A stretch of DNA of 64,000 nucleotides from Mobula hypostoma. Taxonomy: Eukaryota. Made by a program: the position numbers and the translations under genes. Location of the stretch: positions 186,001 through 250,000 of the forward strand of contig NW_026948138.1 of the NCBI RefSeq assembly GCF_963921235.1. The letters are read 5' to 3'. This document shows positions 54,479-64,000 of this stretch, one piece after another. The notes below the pieces were generated by a model. The model was not told where the DNA came from. It did no database searches and saw nothing but the letters and a program-made list of their open reading frames with translations. Positions within the stretch are counted from its first letter, which is position 1. Each line of letters begins with the position of its first letter.

Positions 54479-57400
54479 CACCATAAGATAAAGGAGCAGG
54501 ATTAGTACATTTGGGTCATCGAGTCAACTCTTGCATTTCAGCATGGCTGATCCATTTCCCTCTCAACACCATTCTCTTGCCTTCTCCCTGAATCCTTCAA
54601 ATCCTGACAACTCAAGAATTTATCAACCTCTACCTAATTACTACTACTACTACTACTACTACCACGTCGACTCAGGCCTTGGGGGCCACTTCTCCCTCTT
54701 CCTCATCAGTGTGTTCAGTTCACCTACATTAGCCACGCCACTGTCTTCTAGGAGCATGTTGACCATAGTCTTGGGAGGGTGCCCAGGGTTCATCCTCCCG
54801 TGCTTGAGCTCCCAATATGATGACTAGGCTGGCAGGTAGCTCAGGGTGGCGTAGACAGTGCCCCGCTATTTGCAGTTTTCTCACCTTGATTTTAGTGGTG
54901 AGCATCGGCGGGTTGTTATAGAGCTTGATGTTTGTCATGTGCTGTTGCCAACTCACGTCAAAAGCCATCCAGAGCATTTGTGTACAGCAACCATCTGGAG
55001 ACTTCCGCATCATCTTGGTGAGTACATGAGAATGGACTCTATGACTGCTACGAAAATCCTCTTTTTAAGCCCTCTGGTCAGGTTCGACTTTCAGATTTCC
55101 TTCATATCGTTCATAGCCCTCCACGCCAGCGCCTTCCGTATCTTTATGTCCTTCTCCGAACTCATCATTCTTGACCCAAGGTACTTGTAGTCAAGGGCTT
55201 TCTTAATGGTATCATTCTCTATGGTCCTGAGAGTACCTTTGTCACAGTTAAACACCATGTACTCTTGTCTTTTTAGCGTTTAGGTGAAGTCCAACGTTAT
55301 TGCACTCAATTTACACTTTTGTCAGTAGCTGCTGTGCTTCCTCCATCTGGTCAGAGAGCAGGACTACGTCATCTGCAAAATCGAGATCTGTGAGTGTAAC
55401 TGGTCTGACCCTTTTGGTTCGCCATGGTTTAATGGTAAAACCAAGCTTGTCATGATCTTTGGTAGCTTGACGCAGAGCGTAATCAAGGATGATTATAAAC
55501 ATGTAGGGTGCCAGAGAGTCTCTTTGCAGCACACCAGCTAGGAGCTTGAACACTGCTGTTTCTCCGTCTGGTGATACAACTTTCACCATGGTTTTGGTAT
55601 AGCTGGACTCTATTGCTCTCAGCAGATGGTCTGGCACTCTGTAAGCTTTCAGGATCTTCAGCATTTTACCTCGGTGAATGGAGTCAAAAGCTTTGCAAAA
55701 ATCGATGTAAGTAAGCATGGCTGGTAGGTTGTTCTTCTTGACTTCCTCAATGATCCTACGGAGAGCAAGTATTTGCATTGCTGTTGTGTGTTTCTGCCAA
55801 AAACTATTCTGACTGTATCTTAGCTTCTGGTCAATGGCAGTGCGAATCCTGTTCAAGATCATCCGATTGTATAACTTTGCTAAGATGCAGGTGAAGCTGA
55901 TACCGCGGTGGTTATCTGTCTTTGTAGGGAATCCAGACTTGGGAACTAGGGTAATGTTTGAGAGTGACCACTGTTCTGGTTTGTCGCCTTTCATCCAGCA
56001 AGATGTAGTCCAGGTCGCAGTTCTTCAGGACATCTGGTGGTAATCCAGCTGGTCCAGTGCTCCTGCCCTGTTTGAGTGCATATTTGGCCTTCTTCAGTTC
56101 CTCAATGGTGAATGGGCCGTCATCGATGTCGACTTGCATTAATATCGTGGGTATGTTCTCTTTTTCTTCAGTGATCATTGGAGGGCTTCCCAGCAGGTTC
56201 TTAAAGTAGGTAAACCATGTCAGGACATGGTCCTCTGCTGTTTTACCACTTATTTGACCTGATGGGGAATTATTCCGTCTACTGAGCTCATTGACTAGGC
56301 GCCATGCTTCTCCATGCTGCATGTCTTCATTAGCAGCTTCTATCTCTCTAATTCTCTCAGCTAGTTCCTCTTCCTTCAGTCAGTCATTGGTGGCAAAGAG
56401 ATTCTTCTTTGCTGTCTTGAACTTGCCTCTTAGCTCTTCTGTTTTGCTCCTTCTAAGTTCGGCATGACAAGCATTGACCACACTTCTTGCTGAGATGACA
56501 TCAGGATGTTTCGAGATTCGACTCTTCTTGATTCACTTCACAGTAGGCAAACTCTTTGTTGCATCTGTGTGTGCGTCTATGAGGAGAATGCCTTCCAGTC
56601 TATCTTCTCCTTGGGACCTGTGGCTTTGGGTTGCTGCAGGCTCAGTCTCACTTGCATTGACACTACTCTGTGGTCAGAACTGACTGAGTTGAAGGTGCTG
56701 TAGGCTTCTGTGTTGATCACACAATTACGCCATTTTGTTCTTACGAGGATGTAATCGAGCTGTTTCCTGTAGATGGAGGCTCTGTTTTCCTATGTCCACA
56801 GTTTACCAGCTCGCTTCTTGAATTGTGTGTTGGAGGCAATGAGACTGTGTTCCTGGACGAAATCAACTAGATATTGTCCATTTCTGTTGGTAAAGTCTTG
56901 GTATGAGTATGGAACATCTTCCAGTCTGACCTGGGCATTAAAATCGCCGAGCACAGCCAGGAAGTTATGAGCCAGTATTGAAGTGACAGCTTTGTGAAGT
57001 TTACTGTAGAGGGCCTCCACCTTCTTCTCCTCGCTGCAGTTGTGCAGGGAGTAACAGATGATGACAGAGGTCGCCGGGTTTCCGTCGAATTCCGCAGTAA
57101 GAATTCTGTCACTGACTGAGACTACGCCCCTCAGTGCCTTCTTCACCTTACTGTTCAACATCAGCCCTACTCCACCTTGTGTTGACATCGTCGTCGGCTC
57201 TCTCCATGCAGACGAGGTGATGAGGTGCATCCCCTCTACCTCTGTGAACCTTATCTCTTCGTCAGGGTGTACATGACGGTGTTCTTGGATCCCCAGGATG
57301 GAGATCTCGTAGCTGCTTGCTCAGATGTCAACTCTGTGCATCAAGGCAAGAGGCGGACGGTGTTTGTGTTGAAGGTTGAGATGATCTTCTTTACCTTATA

Positions 57401-58700
57401 ACGCAAAAGAGGCGCAGTTCACTCAGCCCCCTTGTCGGACTCAACCCTCCCTGTGGGGTTTGAGGTTGCATCTTCATACTGCCTGTCTTGGCCAGGGTCA
57501 GGGCATTCTGCACAGTTCCTGAGCACTCACGGCTCTGGAAGTATAGGGTTTGTTGGGTTGTCTGTCATCATAATGCCTTTCAAGGCGTGAAACGAAAGAC
57601 TGTGTGGCGCACCACTCCTCACACAGAGAGTAGTTGGCCGTTGACTCACAAAGAGTTCATCCTCCCTTTGACAGGTTTTGTTTTTAGTCCTGCTGGGTGC
57701 CTACACACTCACCTCCCTGGTTAACCGAAGTGCACCAGGGGGTGTGCCAGTTGAGTCGCCGACAACCCGACCACAGACAGGTAGTACTGGGCTACGTGGT
57801 ACCAGTAGCAAGGTAAGGCCCTGGACTGACCTGACCTCTACCTAAAACATACTGAATAACTTCCCCTGCACATTAGCCAGTGATAAGGAATTTCAGAGAT
57901 TCGCCACACTCTGATTTTAAAAGAATTATTTTTGTCTGTGCTCTAAATGAATATCCCCCTCTTTGGAGGGTGTGCCCTGTAGCCCTATACTCTCCCATCA
58001 TAGGAAACATCCCCTCCAAGGTATTTAGGCTACTCAACACGTTTCAGTGAGATTCCCCCCTCATTCTACTAAATTCCAACAAGTGAAGGCCCACAGCCAC
58101 TAATCCCTATATTCCTGAAATCATTCTCATAAACCTCCTCTGAAACCTCTCCAATGTCAGCACATCCTTTCTTAAATAAGGGTCCCAATACTGCTCACAA
58201 TACTCCAAGAGAGGCTTCACCAATGTCTTTTAAAGCCTCAGCATTAATTTGTTGCTTTTATATTCCAGTCCACTCAAAATGAATATTAACATTGCATTTT
58301 CCTTCCTCATCACCGATTCAACCTTCAAATGAACCTTTAGGGAATCCTGCACGAGAAATCCCAAGTCCCTTTACACTTCAAATTTTTTTTTTAATTCCCT
58401 CCCCATTTTGAAAATAGTCTAATATACTTTTATTCCTTCTAGCAAAGTGCCTGTCCATATATTACCGAACACTGCACTCCTTTTGCCACTTCTTTGCCCA
58501 ACCTCCTAATCTGTCTAAATGCTTCTGTAGCCTCCCTGCTTCCTCAGGACTACCTGTCCCTCCACCTATCTTTGTATCATATGCAAACTTGGCCACAAAG
58601 CCATCAATTTGATCATCTAAGTAATTGACATACAATGTAAAAGATAGCAGTCCCAACACAGACCCCAGCAGAGGACCAATTGTCATTGGCAGCCAATTCT
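54479..58700 (-). mobile_element. 5'-truncated CR1 (54479-54637 and 57846-58700) split by the RTE element
   Basis: 3' tail ccataagataaaggagcagg. RT motifs GSVLG, AKFAYDTKIGG and LQKHLDRL. Confidence 0.8.
54638..57833 (-). mobile_element. Apparently full-length RTE-clade LINE (~3.2 kb) with disrupted ORF
   Basis: Perfect 12-bp TSD ACCTCTACCTAA (54626-54637, 57834-57845). (TAG)n 3' tail at 54641-54661. APE motifs ILGIQEH and LGDFNAQ; RT motifs IDFCKAFDSI, GVLQRDSLAP and DLDFADD. Confidence 0.9.
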
Positions 58701-58808
58701 GAAGACACAGGAACGGTTCATCCCAAAGAAGAAGCGTTCCAAAGGGAGGATGAGGCTACCATGGCAACAAGAGAAGTCAAGACAGCATTAAAGCAAAATA
58801 GAGGACAT

Positions 58809-59096
58809 TGTGGCGACCCACTTTCTACACAGGCGAACCGGCTCACAAAATGGTGTGCGCGTCAGCAGAGGCAAGTCCCAAAATGGCGCTGGGCCACCTT
58901 CTTCACCAGCAAGGGGAGAAAGCCCGCGCATGGGGAGAGAGTTTTGTAATGCACATCTGATGTCATTTCCACGCGGAGAGGGTGGGACCGGAACTGTGTA
59001 AAAGCCAGTGCCGCAAAGTTTGAATAAACTAGTCTCGAGTGCAACTTACAGACTGAGTGCCGTTATTTCTAGCTCTGTGTGTAGCACATCGCTACA
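58809..59096 (+). repeat. 5' LTR of the Gypsy element
   Basis: TG...CA ends, AATAAA, direct repeat of 61216-61504 at roughly 85-90% identity by eye. Confidence 0.92.
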
Positions 59097-61215
59097 TTGG
59101 TGACCCCAATGGTCCAAACGGGATTTGGACCAAAGATGCTCGACTCTTCATCTGTTCACGCAGTTTTGCTAAAATTGACAACTTTCTGGATGCTGCAACC
59201 ACGCGTGTGGTTTGACCAAGCAAAAGCCCAGTTCCAGATTCAGCAGATATCTTCTGATTCCACGCGCTACTATTATGTGGTGAGCTCCCTTGACCAGGAG
59301 ACAGCCGCCAAGGTTGAGGATTTCATACAGTCACCCCCAGAAGAAGGCAGATATGCAGCATTCAAAGTGCTGCTCATAGGGGCCTTTGGCCTCTCACGGC
59401 GTGAGCGAGGTACCTGCTTGCTGCACATGGACGGTTTGGGAGACAGGCTGCCATCAGCATTAATGAGCGAGATGCTGGCCCTGGTTGAAGGACACAAGCC
59501 CTACCTCATATTTGAGCCGGCGTTCCTAGAGCAACTGCCCGAGGACAAAGATCTGCTGCAGGCCGACACAGATTTCAGTGGCACCCCCCCCCGAAGGTAG
59601 CGGCCCGGGCAGATGTGCTGTGGAAAGCCAAGAGGGAGAGTGGGACGTCCATTGGACAGATTACCAAGCCACGCGCCCAACAGCAGGCCAGACCAGGCCT
59701 GGCAACGGAGCGCACACAACCCAGAGGCAGGAGTGAGGAGGCCAATTAACAGTGGTGTTTCTACCACCAGTGGTGGGGCACAGTAGCCCACCGTTGTCGC
59801 CCGCCCTGCAAGTTCCTGTGAGACGCCAGGGCCAGCCGCCGCTAATGGCTACGGCAGCTGGCCAGCAGGACAGCCTCTTGTATGTCTGGGCAAACAGTCG
59901 GGACGCCTCTTCTTGGTCGACACTGGAGCAGAAATCAGCGTCTTACCCCCGACTGGGTACGACACCCGCAACAGGGAGCAAGGACCCACCCTGAGGGCTA
60001 CAAACAGCAGCACAATACGGACCTACGGTACCCGTACAGTGCAGCTGCAGTTCGGCGCCAGCCAGTTCACATTTTACACTGGCCCCCATGGCCCAACCAC
60101 TCCTGGGGGCAGACTTCTTGCGAGCTCACAGCCTGTTGGTCAACTTGCAAGGGAAAAGACTGGTCCATGCCAAGACTTAACAGACGTTCTCCCTGGGTGA
60201 AGCCAAGTTGCCAGCACAGGGTAGCAGTCTGGAGTTGTAGCCTCATTCAGTCTGCGAAAGTTGCCGCATGGTCTTCAGCCCCTAGCTGCTTTTGGCACCA
60301 TGTGCAGGGGGAGAGGCCCATGGACTGTCGGACTGCCGCACGGTCCCCAATTCCTCCATCCTCTTGAACTTCTCCTTCGCCAGGCAGAGCTTGTCCAGGG
60401 GGAGCCTTTGTGCGCGGGCGTAGAGGGGTGGTCCCTGGGTCGAAATGTTGTGCTCTACTCCGTGTCTGGGCATGGCTGTCGTGAACTGTGGTGCCAAAAC
60501 CGATGGAAGATCCCCCAGGAATCTGGTGAATTCATTGTCAGACAGCGTGATGGAGTCCAGGTGTGGGGCCGGCAACTTGGCTTCACCCACAGTCAAACGG
60601 ACTAGTGGAAAACTTCCACCCTCACTTGAAGTCGGCTCTCATGGCCCACCTGAAAGGGCCTAACTGGGTGGACGAGCTTCCTTGGCTCCTGCTTGGAATC
60701 CGCACAGCATCCAAAGAGGATCTGCACACCTTGTCAGCCGAGCTGGTGTACGGCGCACCCCTGGTCATCCCAGGAGAGTTCATGCCAGCCCCAAGGGGGC
60801 GAGAGGAAGAACCCGCAGCAGTCCTGGACAGAATACGCAAAAGGCTCGGTAACCTGGCCCCCGTACCAACTTTACAGCACCGACAGATCCCGACCTCCGT
60901 ACCCAAAGACCTGCAGAACTGGAAGTTTGTATTTGTACGAAGGGGTGCACACCAGGCACTGCTACAGCGGCCCTACGAGGGGCCGTTCAAGGTGATCAGG
61001 AACAACGGGTCCACATATGTTCTGGACGTTGGGGGGAAAGAGGAGGTTTTCACGGTGGACCGACTCAAACCGGCCCATGTGGACTTGGTGGACTTGGCGC
61101 AGCCTGTCGAGGTTCAGGCACCGTGGTGCAGAAGCAGACTGCCCAAACAGAGACTGATCCAGACTGTGGACATTGGGGGTGTATTGCCGGTTCGCGGGGG
61201 GGGGGGGGTGAGTTA

Positions 61216-61504
61216 TTTGACGACCCACTTTCTATGCAGGTGAACCGGCTCACAAAATGGCGCGCACGTCGGTAGAGGCACCAGCCCCAAAATGGCACTG
61301 GGCTGCCTTCTTCACCAGCAAGAGGAGAAAGGCCACGCGTGGGAAGAAACTTTTGTAATGCACCTCTGATGTCATTTCCGTCCGGAGAGGGTGGGAACTG
61401 AACTGTGTAAAAGCCAGTGCCGTGAAGTTTGAATAAACTAGACTCAGTGCAACTTACAGACTGCGTGCCGTTATTTCTAGCTGTGTGCATAGCACACCGC
61501 TACA
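61216..61504 (+). repeat. 3' LTR of the Gypsy element
   Basis: Follows the PPT and is followed by the TSD ACAT. The first dinucleotide is mutated to TT. Confidence 0.92.
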
Positions 61505-62129
61505 ACATACAGATAGAAAATAATACTGGGAATCTAGAGGATTGGGAAGTTTTAAAAAAATAAACAGAAGGCATCTGGGCAAAAAAAAATTGCAAGAGAA
61601 ATGATAAATATGAAGTTAAGCTAGCAAATAATATAAAAGAGGAAACCAAAAGCTTATTTTTTAGATACATAAATAGTAAATGAGAGGTGAGACTGAACAC
61701 AGGTCTGCCCAAAACTGACACTGGAAGCGTAGTAATGGGGACGAAGAAATGGCAGACGAATTGAATAAATATTCTGTGACAGTATTCTCTGAGGAAGACA
61801 CCAATGGTGTGCCAGAAATTTGAGAGTGTCAGGGAGCAGAGGTATGATTACTCAGAAGAAAGTGCATGGGAAAATGAGAAGTCTGAAGGTATTCCAGTTT
61901 TCTAAAAGATGTAGCTAAAGAGATTGTGGAGGTGATGGAAATGCATGTTGAAATTCTTTGAAAAAGTAACAGGCAGGACAGACAAAGAAGAGACAGTAGA
62001 TGTTGTTTACTTCAATATTCAGTAGGCCTTTGACAAGGTGCCGTATAGAAGGCTGGAAAGAAGGTAAGATTCCAGAAGGATAGCAGCATTGGCTGACTGG
62101 CAGAAACCAAAGAGTGGGAATAACAGTAA

Positions 62130-62262
62130 CACACATAAAATGCTGGAGGAAATCAGGTCAGGCTGTACATATCGATGAATAGCAATAAATAGCTGATCTT
62201 TCAGGCTAAGACACTTCATCAGTTGTGATGAAGGGTCTCAGCCTGAAACAACAGCTCTTTAT
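62130..62262. mobile_element. Short inverted Penelope-type 3'-end pair with back-to-back hammerhead cores, inserted in CR1
   Basis: Minus strand CTGATGA-AGTGTCTTAGCCT-GAAA-GATC (62191-62222). Plus strand GTGATGA-AGGGTCTCAGCCT-GAAA-CAAC (62225-62256). Confidence 0.7.
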
Positions 62263-63599
62263 TCCTTTTCTGGTTGGATGCCAGTAACTAATGGTGTTCC
62301 ATTGACATCAGTGGTGAGGTAGCAGGGATTCTGCAGAAGGACTTGGACAGATCAAGAAATAGGAAAAGAAGAGGCAGAACGAATATAGTGTAGTGAAGTG
62401 TATGGCCAGGCATTTTGGTAGAAGGACTGAAGATGTAGACTATTTTCTAATATGGTGAGGAAGGCAAATGCAACATTTGCATTCTTATCAAGAAATCAAA
62501 AATATTATAAGAAGGATGTGATGCTGAGTCTTTATCAGACATTGGACAGACTGCACTTGGAGTATAGTGAGCATTTTGGACCGTATATCTATAAAAGGTT
62601 TCACTAGCATTGTAGATGGACCAGAGTGTATTCACAAGAATGTACCAAAGCTGAAACAGTTGATGTATAAGAACTGGTTGATAGCTCTGGGCCTGTATTC
62701 ATGGGAGTTTAGAAGAATGGAGAGCGGGAACTTATTCAAACCTCTTGACACCCAAAAGCCTTCTACTCCCTATGAGGCAGAAGTCATATGCATGCAGGAT
62801 TGCCCCTCACTTTCCTATCATGAATCAAGAAACAACGTGCACAATATCGGACCTCCCTGAAGCTTTACCCTCCCATTCCTGATCACTGTCTCTTGCTGGT
62901 TGGCCTGTATAACAATTCAATGATGACAGGGCTTTAATCAGATGCTCAGGGAGGCGCTTTGCCTTTACTTGTGTGATTTTTCTACTTCTAGAGGAGATGA
63001 CAGAATGAGCTGTGTTTTTTTATATGAGACATGTCCAAGACTCTGAGGCAAATCACCATTAGTAACATTTGGTTTACTGCAAGTAATTAGAAAATAGACA
63101 ATTGCATTTACTCATCTTGTCTTAGTCAAAAAAGTTTGTGCAAGTGGTCGTGCTTCCTTCTCAATGTTCCAATGAAAAATCTATCATGAAGATCAGGACA
63201 TAGAGAACTGAAAGTGAATGGGAATGGTCAAAATTATTGAACTCACAAACATCATCATAAATCAGTCTCCAACTTGGAGTGACCTGACAAGAAACCCTTG
63301 TGCTACAAAGTGCCACCTCACTGTCTCAATGGAAAGCCCATGGCAATCACTTTGGCAAAAAGAGCATTTTGCACTTACACTCCCAGCAATTCACAGAAAG
63401 ATATTATTTCTATAGACAGCAGATGTCAGTGAAATTGCAATTAAAATAAATAAAAAGCTGACTTGTTGAAGGCCTTTTCTGTCTTCAAAGAAAGGAATAA
63501 AATACTAAGGATACAGTTAAATACTAAACTAAATCAAGAACATGAGATTTTTCAGTGTGGTATCCATAAAGCATTGATAAATGAGAATACAGTGAGACA

Positions 63600-63870
63600 A
63601 TGTTACACCATGGAGTGAATTCTAACTGGCTGCATCACCGTCTGGTATGGAGGTGGGTGGGTGACCACTGCACAGGATCGAAACAAGCTGCAGAAAGTTA
63701 TAAACTCAACCTACTCCATCATTGGCACTCGCCTCCCCAACATCCATGACATCTTCAAGGAGCGATGCCTGAAAAAGGCAGCATCCATCAACACCCAGGA
63801 CATGCCCTCTGCTCATTGCTATCATCAGGGAGGAAAGACAGGACCCTGAAGATGCACACTCAACGACTTC
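63600..63870 (+). mobile_element. Rex1/Babar-like LINE 3' ORF fragment
   Basis: ILTGCITVWYG, TAQDRNKLQKVI, RCLKKAASI and HPGHAL motifs. Confidence 0.7.
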
Positions 63871-64000
63871 TATGCTTTGGTGATTCCAATGCTTATCTGG
63901 ATAAGAACTGTCTTTCTGGAAGCAGAGAGGCCGGGGGAATTGTGTATTTGCTCCCAACTATCCTTTGCGGGACCGACCCCACTGTCTCCACTTCAGTCTG

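Larger units (their letters stand above)
58809..61504 (+). mobile_element. Internally deleted and rearranged Gypsy LTR retrotransposon
   Basis: LTRs 58809-59096 and 61216-61504, 4-bp TSD ACAT, PBS TGGTGACCCC (tRNA-Trp type, 59098), G-rich PPT ~61196-61215. Gag LTTFW..PRVWF, protease LVDTGA, integrase HPQSNGLVE...GPFKV...VDRLKP. Confidence 0.95.
53090..62740 (+). mobile_element. Old CR1 LINE (pieces 53090-54478, ~58700-58808 and 61509-62740) hosting a second nest
   Basis: Esterase remnant near 53100-53230, GALYRPPN at 53998, AFDKV-like motif near 62025, and 3' motif cacttggagtatagtgagcattttgg at ~62555. Colinear across the insertions. Confidence 0.75.

Noticed and set aside
57720-57833. HDV-like ribozyme at the RTE 5' end
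   Set aside because: Only a weak P1-like pairing; I could not build P3/L3, P1.1 or J4/2.
63205-63219. IRF-like GAACTGAAAGTGAAT as the IRG promoter
   Set aside because: Imperfect motif, more than 10 kb from the exon, with no supporting first exon.

Overview
Eukaryotic, repeat-dominated DNA, most likely from a cartilaginous fish (inferred from the CR1, HE1/V-SINE and Penelope repertoire and the IRG sequence). No intact host protein-coding gene is supported. Bases 1-26511 are a degenerate ~31-bp tandem satellite (consensus CACTGTAAATACTGACACACACCCGGGAACC, roughly 800 units, open at the left edge) carrying one solo LTR; the many VCQYLQWVPG-type ORFs there are translation artefacts. Bases 26.5-43.3 kb and 53-62.7 kb are nests of retroelements (CR1, L1, RTE, Gypsy, solo LTRs, a SINE-like element, Penelope fragments), many with readable target-site duplications (TSDs). 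Between them lie a 5'-truncated Penelope-like (Neptune-type) element with an uninterrupted 783-codon RT + GIY-YIG frame and an interferon-inducible GTPase (IRG) pseudogene. Best leads: minimal type-I hammerhead ribozymes in the Penelope 3' ends (two intact copies plus decayed inverted relics), a twin-primed inverted L1, a Gypsy with a template-switch inversion, and the mosaic satellite with a phased forkhead-type motif. I found no clearly new biological system; most signals extend known retroelement biology. All alignments and counts were done by eye.
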